Below are positions 11,625 to 23,590 of a stretch of DNA of 64,000 bases, piece by piece. Both the position numbers and the translations under genes were made by a program. This DNA comes from Camelus dromedarius (taxonomy: Eukaryota): positions 109,184,001 to 109,248,000 of the forward strand of contig NC_087437.1 of assembly GCF_036321535.1 (NCBI RefSeq). The letters are read 5' to 3'. The notes under the pieces are model-generated. The model was not told the origin of the DNA and did not search any database. It saw only the letters and a program-made list of their open reading frames with translations. Position 1 is the stretch's first letter. Each line of letters opens with the position of its first letter.

Positions 11625-14600
11625 AAGGGGATAGGCATTTAGGAAGGAGAAAAGGAAGGGCATAGGAGTGTACAGGGGAGGGGAGGCATATGTGTCCCAC
11701 CTCTTTTCCAGAGTTTGGCAGAGCCAGTTCTCAATCTGATAAAGGGGGAGTTTATGCCTGAAACTTAAGGACTTGGTGTGAATTTGAACATAAGCAGAGC
11801 AACTTCAGGACTCAGGTAGAAAAAGGGCCTGAGAGCATCGCCCTAGTATCCTAGGCAGACTGGGATGGCAGGGCGGCCACCGGGTGGGTGGGCAGTGTTG
11901 TACCCAGAGCTGCAGTGGGAATATCTTCAACCCCTGTTCTCTGAGAAAGTTCTCTGAGAAAGCCACGGGAGAGTACCTGCTCACGATACCTCCTTCAGTA
12001 GAGACGGAGATGATGGCACGTGTGGCTGAAATAGACGTCCACAAGCAGGTTTGTTCCCTGCTGTCATGTGAAGTAATCCTGGAATTTCTGAAATAATGAA
12101 GGAAGCTTTGCGGAATCCCCTTTCGCCTTTCCCTTAAGCAGGTGGGAACTCAGAGCTATTGTGATTTTGATATGAATTTTAGTGAAGCCACATTTGCTCT
12201 CCTATGCTATGAAAGCCTGGGAGGGTCAGCTTCGAAAGGAACAAGAAAGATTAAAAGCACACGTGAATTGTGTGTGGAGAACCATGCATTGGGTTGCTGC
12301 TGGTTGTGAGCATGAAGCTTAATTTTGCCTCGTTTGAAAAATCAGGAAGAAACGGCCTCTGAAGCATGTGGTGAGAAGCAGGTCCAAGCAGAGCTGCCAG
12401 GATGCTTGGAGGAATCTGGATGATAGAAGAAGTTGAGGAGTTGACTGGAGGAAGAGGAAAAAAAAAAGTAGTGAAAAAAAAGAAAAGTAGAAAATAATTT
12501 TAGAAATAGTAATATTACATGATTTCTGTAAATAAAGATGCTAATGAACTGACAGGGAATTTGGGAGGGGCACATTCAGGAGGCAACACTGTGAGATCTG
12601 ACTTCCCTGGGCTGGTACCAGCCACGAGGAAGAGAAGGAGGAGCCGCAGTCTAGCTGACCAGCAGCATGGCCTCCATGCAGCTCTCCTCAAGACTGTGAT
12701 GAAGGGTCATGACTGAGGGAAAACCTTCCTGAACTGGGCAGTAATGCCCCCCACCCCCATCAGGGCCTCCTTCTCTCCCTGAAAGCAGTCCTCTTTCAAC
12801 CCCCACAGCGTCCACACTCCTGGTTATATTCCTTCTCCTTTCTAGCAGGAAAGAGATGAAGACATAATTGGCTTTTTTTTCAGTAGGAAAAAAATGGAAC
12901 ACCAGCACAGCATTTTTTTTTTCTTTTTCAACCTCTGCTGTCACTTTTCAGAAGAGATGAACAAAAGATCAATGGGTCCTAAGAGAGGATGCTTGTGGGG
13001 TTCACAAAACTGTTTTCCTATAGAGACAAGTGAAATAGAGTTGGTCCCTTGTTAATCACTCCCTGCTCATACCTAGGCAAAGAGGTCAGCGTGCACCCAT
13101 GGCTGTTTCAGGGAGCCACTTAGGGCCCCTCCAGATCCTGACTTGGGGTTACAATCTCTTCTTCTTTCCTGTGGCACGTGGTTGGATTCAGGAATTGCCT
13201 TTTAAATATTGGTGGGTGGGACTCTGTTAGAGCTGGGGATAAACGAGTCTATTCATCATGGGTCCTGCAGGGAGCAGCAGAGAGCTGGTGTCGGGCAGAG
13301 CTGGCAGCTCTGTACCATTGCATCCCCATCCGTATTCCAGATGAAGGGAGCCGGACACCCTCCAAAGAAGACAAGAGAGCAGAGCAAGGGAATTCGGATA
13401 AACAGAGAATCTGCGATCCTTCTGTATTTGTAGCTGCTTCTGCTACCTTCTGAAGGCTCTGAGAAGTCCCCAAGTCCAAGAACACTCAACACATTTTTGT
13501 CACAATAATTTATATATAGAATGTCTCTTCCACTGGACTGGAGCGTCCAGCCTCAAACACAATTTCTGGCACATAAGAAGTGTTCAATAAATATTTGTGA
13601 AATGATAAAAGGATGACTGAATTGGTAATCGATTTTAGATTCCATGGTATTTCTCCATCACTCATGATCAGAAATTTGTTCAATTATCCATGGTACCTCA
13701 TAATTAAGTTGGACAGAAAGAAGGAAAGTGACTCACTAAGGTATTTTAAAAAGGAGGTGAGTTAGGCCTGAGCATTTCAGTGCCTCCTTACGTCTAGGCA
13801 ACTGTGCGATGGTATTGTATTCTTATATACTATTGAGCAGGGACGACTTCCTTGTGGCAAATGAGGTGACTATATAATAATAATAACATAACTTTATTAG
13901 CCCATTGGTGATAATTGGTCAAATTCCACCCATTGAAAATATGAGGCACATAATATATCCATGTCGTAAAGGGTCGTCTGTGGAGCCACCAACCCCATTT
14001 TCCCTTATGAGAGAAGTGGAAGATACTGGCATGGTGCGTGGAACGATACTGACCCATTATTTTCACACATGAAGAGGGATCAAATACAAAGATGGCGAGG
14101 GATTCTTTTGCAAAGGCTTGAAAATGGATATACTGAAGGGTGGTTTGGGGAAAGACAATAAGAAACTGTCCACTGCTCCTTGGAGTGAACTTCAGAGTCT
14201 TCAGAGTGCTTCCAACAATCACAAGGCTTCTACCAGGTTTTGAGGAATTGGGGGAATGAGGACAGGTTACTTGAAATATTCTGTGTTTCTAGAATAACAT
14301 TGACTTGGCGTCCTATCTTTTCCACACTATCCATTTGTAATTTTTATTTTGGTATCAGTATTTCTCCTATGAAAATAAGTTCTTTGGTTCTTCTTTGTGT
14401 CTGAAAAGATGTGGCTGTTTTAAACTTTTCTTATTTTCTTAGTTTTCCTTCCCTGAGAAAAGCTGTTGGCACAGAAATATTTTCTGTCACACTTGTCATT
14501 TGCAATCATCCTCCTGCTCATATCTGCCTCATTAACTCCACATTTCCTTTGAGAACTCAGCTTGAGATTACCTTTTCCTTTCTTGCCTCACACCAGTTCA

Positions 14601-16044
14601 TTTTTCTCTTATCGGTATTATTATTTATTTAACCTAGAGCCATATGTTTAAATGCATTTGTAGGAAAGACATTCTACTAGATAAAAACACATACTGCTAT
14701 ATTAAAAATCACAAGCAAATAACTCTCCAGCTGATGGATGAAACTGGAGACGCTCTTGACTTAATGTACTCAAAGTATAAAAATAATGGGTATGTTGTAC
14801 AATGCAACCATTTTTATTAAGCAAATGGTGAAAGCAAAATTAGACATAATGATCTTAATATTCTTTCAACAATGTTGAAAAGGAGAGACTTGGGCATTTC
14901 CCAAGCTGTTGACATATCTTGCCTTTAAACTTTCTCCATTAGTTATTTATAATGTCTATTTATATAGACTTTATTTATTTATTTTTTTTTGCTTTGTAAT
15001 TCAGCAGCAGAAACCACCAAAGAATCTGTTCTTCAGAACACCAGCTGGGTTTCTTTTCTACTAAATGGGCATAGTGTTCTGGGAGATAAGTCATCTAGCA
15101 CAAAAATGTGCCCTCTTTTTTGTAGAAACTGTCTAAATTTGACAACAACTTTTTCAGAGTAGTAATTTGTGATAGCAGGGGCAAATGTTCACTATCACTT
15201 ACTGAGAATTTGGGGGTAGGGGAAAGTGTGGGGGGTGACTTTCTCAAGAGATTGTAAGATGGTAAACCTTCCTGAAGATTTGCCATGTTCTTTCTCTCTT
15301 TCATTCTCAAAGGAAGAAGGCCACTTTGTCTACTGGATAAAGGACCACAATAGTATCACTGGGGAGGTCTGGGTCCTGCACTGGCCCTAGGGGACTTTTC
15401 AGCAAACACTCTGACTTTCTCCTCCTCAATGAAGAAACTGAGAGATGAGGAGACTAGAAAGAACTACTTTCTTTTTTAACTGGTAGGATTGTAGTACCTG
15501 TCCTTTTTAGTAGAAAATTCATGGTGACATGTGGCTAGAATTATGAGACCAGATGATAATGTAACTAATACACAGCTCAAAGGCAGAATAACTCTTCAAC
15601 CATCTGAGACAGAAACAACAGTATCTTACATTTAAAGATTAAGAAAAAGTAGATGCCATAGTGGGGTGACCAAAGAAGAAGAAATGTCATTTTAAAAGTT
15701 TTAGGCAGAGAACTGCCTTTTTAGGGTGGAGGTTACTAGTAATTTTAGTTTCTGGAGATAAAAACTAAAATTTTTTTATCTAAACGACATTTTTTGGGGG
15801 GAACATCCTAGGGTGGGCCACTTGGTTCTACAAAGAGAAGACTAGTAGCCATCTATGATTCTTGGAAGAAACCTTGAGGTTTTCACTTGTCTGCATCCAG
15901 ATTCTGCTGTTTGTTCATGTAAATTGAGTATTTTTCATCTGGTTTATGTTATAAAAAAACTTTTAACAGTTTTCTATTAATGAAAAATTAACTTATTTAA
16001 TTACTGCCTCCTACACGGGAATATGTAGATAGAACAACTCACTC

Positions 16045-16305
16045 ATTTATTTATTATTATTTTTATTGAAGTATAATTGATCTGTAATATAATATTAGTT
16101 TCAGATGAACAATATAGTGATTCAAAATTGTTTTAGATTATATTCCATTTAAAGTTATTACAAAATAATGGCTATATTTCTCTGTACTGTGTGATGTTTC
16201 CTTGTTGCTTATTTTATGCACAGTAGTTTGTACCTGGTAATCCCTTAACCCTATCTTGCCCCTTCCCCTTGCCTCTCCCCACTGGTAACCACTAGTTTGT
16301 TTTCT
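16045..16305 (-). mobile_element. 5'-truncated L1 3' end (cetartiodactyl-type)
   Basis: Poly-T then ttattgaagtataattga...ctctccccactggtaaccactagtttgttttc. Confidence 0.8.
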
Positions 16306-16617
16306 AATTGGTTAGAGAACCACTAGTTATCTGTGAACCAATGCATTTGTTGAGGGGCTCACAAAATTAAATTGTGGTATAGACGATTAAATATGTTTCG
16401 TGAATGGCTGAATGCATGCCTGAGATTGAACCATTCCCTTTAAAGGAGGTAATTACTGGGAGCCTTTTCCTGTTCTGGAGAGTTGAGGGAGAAAACTGTC
16501 TAAGCTTGGAGAAAACGAGTCGGGAAGAGTTGGTTCTGGGCAGAACATGTGGTGATGCCAGAGCCTGGTTTGACTCAGCATCTCTGACTCTGAAATGCAT
16601 AGTCTGGGGAACACCCT

Positions 16618-16619
<2 letters not shown>

Positions 16620-16652
<33 letters not shown>

Positions 16653-16671
16653 TGTGTGTGTGTCTGTGTGT
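16620..16671. repeat. Interrupted (TG)n microsatellite
   Basis: TG run with two TC interruptions. Confidence 0.95.
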
Positions 16672-17238
16672 TTGGTGAGAGCAGTTACATGCTGAGGTCG
16701 TTTGGAGATAATTGGGGTTTGGGAAACTGACCATACTCCCTGATAATATTAATCCAAATCGACCCATGGGATTAAGTCAGCCAGTGTGACTGCTCCTTGG
16801 AAATATCTGGGGAGGAGCAACTTTCCAAAATTCACTAAATGATGGCTCAGGATCAAAACTCACTGATGTCTGGGGAGGTGGCTGTAATCATATTACGTAC
16901 AATACACACAAGAGTAGAAATTAAAAAAAATCATGCTGGCTTTGGCTATAGAATTAAAACTTCGATGAAATTGAGATTGACAGGCTCTTGATATCTGTGG
17001 CCTCGAATTGCTGGCAGGTGGAGTACACTTGGCCGCATATTTGGGATGTAATAACAAATTTTCTTTGTTTGCTTGTTTTTCTCCAGGCATTTCATCTTTT
17101 ACCTTCCACCCCTGTAATCCAATCAGATTGTTGACTCCATGGTTTTATTGCCTGAGGAAAGAGGAGAAGTAAATGTTTCAAAAGTCTACTACCTTAAGGA
17201 AATTCAGAGAATCTGAAGCAAAATTTTACGAAAAACAC

Positions 17239-17670
17239 TATCAGTTAGCCTTTGCTGCATGACAGACTGCTCCAAAATTTAGTGACTGACATAAAATCCT
17301 TTTATTGTTGCCCCAGTTCTATTGATCCGAGCCAAGCTCCGCTGACAGTCTGTGGTCCGCTGGAAGTGGATGGCTGGGGGTTGGGGAACTTGGCTCTGCG
17401 TCTCCCATCATCCAGCAGGCTTGCCTTGACTTCTCCACGTGGTGGCAGTAGAGTACCGGGAGGGAGGGCAGATGCTCCTTGCCTCCTTACGCCTACAACT
17501 GCACTTCTGCCACATCCTATTGGATAAAGCAAGTCACAAGGTCATCCCACATTCAAGGAGTAGAGAAAGAACCTCCATGCTTGATGGGAGGAGCCACAAG
17601 GACATATTGCATAGGGGCTGCCTATCGAGAGGGGGGCAGAGTTGAAGCCATCTTTGCAATTTGTCACACA
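17239..17670 (-). mobile_element. Old MLT1 (H/J-like) LTR
   Basis: cacttctgccacatcctattggataaagcaagtcacaagg...cttgatgggaggagc motifs. Confidence 0.75.
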
Positions 17671-18592
17671 TAGGATGGAGGATTGGGGAACATGAAACTG
17701 AGGGCAGAATCCCATTCTTCTCTGCAGCTGCTCACATGACAATATACTGGTCTTACCTTTCCCATTCAAGGGATGGTAAGAAGCCAGAGGGTAAGTAATC
17801 ATGGTAGTACTTGAACAATGCTTTCGGGTAGTCCTAAAAAATCTGTAAAACCCCAGATGGGTTTGTGGGACCAAAAGGAGAAAGGTGCAGTGGGAAGCAG
17901 GTCCTAGAGAAAGGATGACTAAAATGTGAAGTTAGGCTGATGGGCCACAGATACCTAATAGAGTCCTAATTCCCAATCGGCCATAGAAAACAATGGAGTA
18001 AATCTTGCACCTGTAGGTGTGGCAAAGAACCAACATCTGAGTTACTAAGCCTGAACGAGGCATGTGGACTGGAATGGAAGTCAGCCACCACTCACTACTG
18101 AGGACAGAGAGACCACTTTTCTCTTTTCCACCCCAAGACTTTATTACTAAGTAAGCTGTCCCCCTCAACATGAACATCCACAGGTAAGAGAGGAGATATC
18201 CTGAGGTTACATTCTGCCATTTCCAACAAAGAATAGGAGCTCAAAAAATTGAGATGAAACAGAAAAAAAATTAAAGTATACATTTTTCAGTGGTTGAGTT
18301 TAGAGGCTGAGATTCAGCTCATTTCCTATATAGGAGATAATAGAATAAATATGTAACTTCCTGAGAGTTTTTAATGATTTTTATTCCCATCAAGATATTA
18401 GGAAAGGGAAATATGTGGAAAGTCCTTCACTGGGGCTCTGGAGCAGTAGGAGTGGCCATTCTGATGTGACCAGGTTCCTTAGCCATAAGAAAAGCTTCAT
18501 GATCCCAAATCTGATCATTCTTCTATAGGTTAGTATATTGTGGCCAGCCATGTAGAAGGCTGTTCATCTTATATCAGAAGTAATGAGGTATT

Positions 18593-19071
18593 TGTGTTGG
18601 TTAATTTCATGTGAATTGACTGGGCTAAGGGATGTCCAGGTAGCTGGTAAAACACTTTCTTTGAGGGTGTTTCTGGAAGAGGTCAGCACTTGAATTGGTA
18701 GAGTGTGTGCTCACCAGTGTGGGTGAGCATCATCCAATGTAGTGGGGGCTTGAATAGGACAATAAGGTGAAGAAAGGGCAAAGCCTCTTCTCTCTTCTTG
18801 AGCGGGGACATACGTCTTCTGCCCTTGAACATCAGAGCTCTTGAACCAACTTCTTGGGTCCTCAGACCCTGGGACTTATATTAGCAGTCTCTCTGATTCT
18901 CAAGCCTGTGGGTTCAGACTGAATTATACCACTGACTTTACTGCAGGTGGCATATAGTGGCATATTTTAGCCTCCATAATTGCATGAGTCAATTCTCATA
19001 ATAAATCTCCTCTTACATATGTGTATATATATACCCTATTAGTTTAGTTTTCTCTGGAGAACTCTAATACC
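18593..19071 (+). mobile_element. MLT2 (B/D-like) ERVL solo LTR
   Basis: Starts tgtgttggttaatttcatgtg, ends tctctggagaactctaatac. Flanks gtatt/gtata suggest a 5-bp TSD. Confidence 0.85.
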
Positions 19072-19804
19072 GTATACAACACTGAAGCTGTATACAGTTG
19101 AAGTTCTAAAAAGTTTTATACCAGCCTCGGAAAGAGATCTTTGAACCATGGCTGAGGCCAGTTGCCTCAAAGGGGCAGGAATGGAGAGGACCAGATGGAG
19201 GTGAAGAAGGTTGTGGTGAAGAGTCTCAAAGGCACCATGCTTGAAGTGACTTGTACTCTCAAGGTGAGCAATGCTTTTTATCCAGAGGCCAAGGATTTAC
19301 AGCTTGTGGAACTACCACTGGTAATGTTGAGAATTTCTTGCTATGTTTCATTGAGTGGGAACCAAAGTGTCTACATTGGTGTTAAGGAAAGAGACACTGC
19401 TGCTGAATATGGGAGAAAACGGAGCAGTAAGTCGAGGAAACATTGATCACCCCTACACCAGGTGAACGGTGGGGACATGCTAAGAGGAATGCTTCTGTTG
19501 GAGCCCAAGTTTCCTAGACTCTCCCAGTTACTGAGTCTGATAAAGGGAGGTGGTGGCTTAAATTAACAAAAAGTGTTAATGAGTCAAAAGCAAGATCTTT
19601 TGGGTTTAGTATAAAGTCAGAGTTTGGTGAAAAACTGAATGTCTTAACAGGGCCCTGCAGGAACTGTCAAAATCCCAGACCAAAGAGCCACTTTCTGCCT
19701 GATCGAAGGTGGTGGGTGGGAAAGAGGCCAAAATGAACATTCGTATGAATGTGGGGTGAGTGGGCACATGGAAAGAGGGAGCAGACGTGGAGGAAGGTGA
19801 GTTT

Positions 19805-19955
19805 TAGTGCTTCAGCCTCCAGCTATGAATTATTTCACTTCTTTGGGTCTCACTTTCCTCATCTATATAATGGGGATAACAATAGTACCATCTCTCAGAA
19901 TTTGGGACTCACATAAAGCATTTAACATTGCACTAGTCATTCAACAAATGTTGCC
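19805..19955 (+). mobile_element. MIR fragment
   Basis: Core tctcactttcctcatctatataatggggataacaatagtacc. Confidence 0.75.
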
Positions 19956-20359
19956 TCTGGCTTTGCCACACTGAATAATATTCTAATACAGTGAAGGAGA
20001 TGAGGATTAAAGTGTTCTTTCTTCTCTCCTGATTACTTCTGGTGAGAAGCTTCTTAACTGCTTCAGGGATCTAGACCCTAGGATTGATGTCATGATGTGG
20101 AGAAAGAATAGAAGGGATTTGACAGTGAGTGGTGCTGGATGGAGAATTAAACGCTCCAACCTAAAAGTGGGATAGACTGGAGTGAGCCCATTTGGTTAGA
20201 GAAGTCTGTTCTTACCTCTGCCTGGTGATTGTAAGCTAGATTTCTCGAACATCCTGGTGGAGGTCTTGGAAGAAGTAAGCAGTAATAATAACTAAAATTG
20301 TTGAAGTACTTGGTGCTTCAACAGTAATGCCAGGCACTATTCTAAGTACTTTGTACTTA

Positions 20360-20683
20360 GCATGGGGTAGGGTGAATTAATACTGAAATTAATACAAAAA
20401 ATCCTTGATGAACAAAATATCAAAATTTAAAAAAATGACAGCATCACTCAAAGTGACGAGATGAACCATGTTGGAGCCTGAGGCAAAAGGAAAAATTAGT
20501 AACACTGATCCTGTATTTATTCAAAATTTTGATATTTTGTAAGTTAAGGATTTCTTGCATTAATTGTGTCTTTAAAAAAATAGCACACTCAAATATTATT
20601 TATCTCAACTACTACATTTTTGGCATCTCCGTACATTTTGTGCTCAGGGTGAGTGCCTCATTTTTCTCCCCCTCTTCCTACTG
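20360..20683. mobile_element. MER96B-like hAT MITE with internal inverted repeat
   Basis: aattaatacaaaaaatccttgatgaacaaaatatcaaaattt (about 20387-20428) is inverted relative to aaaattttgatattttgt...ggatttcttgcattaatt (about 20523-20565). Confidence 0.65.
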
Positions 20684-20785
20684 CTTCTATGTATAAGAAT
20701 TTATTTAACCCCTCTTAAATTCACTGTGGCAGGCCCCATTATTATTCACCTTTTTACACATTTAAAAAACTGAAGCATCGAAGGT

Positions 20786-21292
20786 AATACTAGTTTCCAA
20801 AGGCTGCTGTAACCAGTTATCACAAACTTGGCAGCTTAAAACAACACATATTTATTCTCATCCAGTTCTGGAGATCAGAAGTCCAACATCAGTTTCACTG
20901 GGCTAAATCAAGCTGCAGGCAGGGTTGAGATGCCTCTCGAGCCTCTCAGGGAGAAGCCCTTCCCTTGCTTTTCTGGCTTCTAGAGCTGCATTCTCTGCAT
21001 TCTGTGGTTCAGTGCCCCTTCTTTTAGCTTCAAAGTCAAGGGCATAGCATTTTGCCTCAGCTGACACATGGCCTTCTTCTTGTGTTGTAGTCAAATCCCC
21101 CTCTGCCTCTCTCTCATGAGGAGACTTGTGATTACATTTAGGACTCACCCAGATAATCCAGGATAACCTCTACCATCTCAAGGTCTGTCCTTTTAATCAT
21201 ATCTGCAAAGTCCCTTTTGACATACAATGTGACATTCACAGATTCCAGTGATTGGATGTGAACCTCTCTGAGGGCCAATCATCAGCTTCCCA
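20786..21292 (-). mobile_element. MLT1C/D-like LTR
   Basis: cacaaacttggcagcttaaaacaacacatatttattctc...gattacatttaggactcacccagataatccaggataa. Confidence 0.85.
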
Positions 21293-21992
21293 TCAGCTGG
21301 ACAGTAAGTGGTAATGTCCAGTTCAGACTGAGGCCGACTGGCTTCTGTGCCCTTTTGCTGGAGGCAGTGGATGTGTCCTTCCTTAGGGCCCAGGGTGTGG
21401 GCAAGGAGGCTGCAGGAATAAGCATCAATTTCAATCTCTTTAAGGGACCTACTCTGTGCTGTGGCCAGCATCTGGGGCAAGACAGTGAGAGTCCTCTTCA
21501 TCCTTGTCCGACATACAGAATCCTACTAGGAAGACAGAAGCGGTGTCTGAAGCCATATTTATTTGACTTTTCCAGGTGACAAGACCTTCTTTTATGCCCT
21601 GAGCTGGAAAGGCAGGAAGTCTTAGTAACAAAGAGAAAACTGATACCCGACCTTCTTTCATCCCCATGTTTAACCTTCCCGACTGCTAGGAAATTCTTCT
21701 TTTGCTGTATCTGAAATCTTTGCTGCCTTAAGTCCCATTTTTTTTTTTTTTTAGTTCTTTCGTTGGGAAGATGGAAAATAATCACCTTCTACCATCTGAG
21801 TGATAGCATTTATGACTGCAGTGACTAGTGAAATTTTAGCCGATTTTGTCTTGTACACAAAGTAAAAAGTAGTGAATGTGTGGGAAAAACACTGATTTAT
21901 TCTCTCAACATACATAGTCAGGGTTATATTTATTTTCTGCCAGCAGCTCTTTATAAGTATGAATGGACACCTGAGGACTCTGCTATTTAGGG

Positions 21993-22299
21993 ATGAGTCG
22001 GGCAAACGTCCTTTGTAAAGGGTGAGGTGGTAACTGTTTTAGGCTTTGCAGGCCATATGACCTCCATCACAATGACTCAGCTCTGATGTGTCACATATGC
22101 AGCAGTAAACAATATGTAGACCTTGTGTGGTGTAAAGACATTGTGTTCTAACAATTTTGTTTGCAGACACTGAACTTTGAATTTCATAGCTTTGTGTGTG
22201 TCCTGAAATATTCTTTTGACATTTTCTACTACTTGTAAACTGTTCTCATTACACGGGCCATCCAAAAACAGGTGGTAGGCTGTAGTTTGCTGATCTTGG
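21993..22299 (+). mobile_element. MER58B-like hAT-Charlie element
   Basis: ggcaaac...tgtaaaggg...ttttaggctttgcaggccata ... aaaaacaggtgg...tgtagtttgctga. Confidence 0.8.
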
Positions 22300-22494
22300 A
22301 CCTGGTTCTCCTTATATTTTATACCTTATTCCTGGATGATGTCTTGATGATCAAGTGAAATAGGCTGGCATGACTTTATTCTACTTGGAGACTCATTATG
22401 TGTAGTGTCTCACCTTAGATCTTATCTAATCTCTGATCCTAAAATCCATCAATGACTGTAACGTCAACTGTTGAGATTTTAAAACAGTTCTTTG

Positions 22495-22820
22495 GGAGTT
22501 TTAGGGCAATGAAATTATTCTGTATGATATTATAGTGGTGGCTACACATCATTATGCATTTGTCAAAACCCAAAGAATGTACAACATCAAGAGTGAACCC
22601 TAATGTAAACTATGGACTTTGGTTGGATAATAATGTGTCCATGTTGGTTCATCGATTGTATCAAATATACCACACTGATGAGGGATGTTGAGCGTAGGGG
22701 AGTATATATGTGTGGGTGGGGAGGGCTATGTGCCAACTCTGTATTTCTGCTCAATTCTGCTGTGAACCTGAAACTGCTCTAAAAAATAAAGTCCATTAGT
22801 AGAATAAAAAAAAAAAAAAG
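22495..22820 (+). mobile_element. L1MC-type 3' end with A-tail
   Basis: gagtgaaccctaatgtaaactatggactttgg...tgtgaacctgaaactgctctaaaaaataaagtc followed by an A-run. Confidence 0.85.
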
Positions 22821-23197
22821 AGGAGGTACACAAATATTGCCTTGTCTAGATTGAGTTAGGCTGAAGTGTCTAAATTTTAATAAAATGGGTCCAAAAATTC
22901 CAATCAAAAAAAAAAAAAACACAAAAAACAGCCGTTCTTCTATATAGTTTGTCTTTCTGCCTCCAGGTCTTTGTTTAGTTCTGACATCCATGCTGTTCCC
23001 CAGCTCCTCCCTCCGCTTCTCCCCTTATTCTCATGGACCTCATTGATTATGTACATTTTTGCCTCATCCATCTTTCCCACTAGAACATAAACTTCTTGAA
23101 AGATGAGAGCAAGGACTTACTAATCTTTGCCCCCTGAATGCACTTATTACAGTGATCATTGGAGATCCATAAATGTTTCTTACATACAAATTCTTCT

Positions 23198-23590
23198 TCA
23201 AAGAAAAATATAGTATGATATCACTTATATGTGCAATCTTAAGAAAAGGACACAAATGAACTTATCTACAAAACTGAAACAGACTCACAGACATAGAGAA
23301 CTAACTTATGGTTACCAGGGGTAAAGAGGGTGGGAAGGGATAAATTGGGAATTCTAAATCTGTATCGCTTGGGGAGTGATGGAAATGTTAGCTATCTTGA
23401 TTGTGGTGGTAGTTTTATTGTGGTGGTATTTGATAGGTGTAAATACATCTATCAAAATTCATCAAATTGTATATCTGAAATATGTGTAGTTTACTGTACA
23501 GAAATTATTTCACAATAAAGGTGTTAAAAGCAAACAAAAAAGCAAAACAAAAAATTAATAAAAATGGTATAAACCAAAAAAAAAAAAAAT
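23198..23590 (+). mobile_element. L1 3' UTR pieces (younger cetartiodactyl-type segment joined to an older L1M-type tail)
   Basis: gaaacagactcacagacatagagaac...ttatggttaccagggg, then gtgatggaaatgtt...tcttgattgtggtggt...caataaag and an A-rich tail. Confidence 0.7.
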
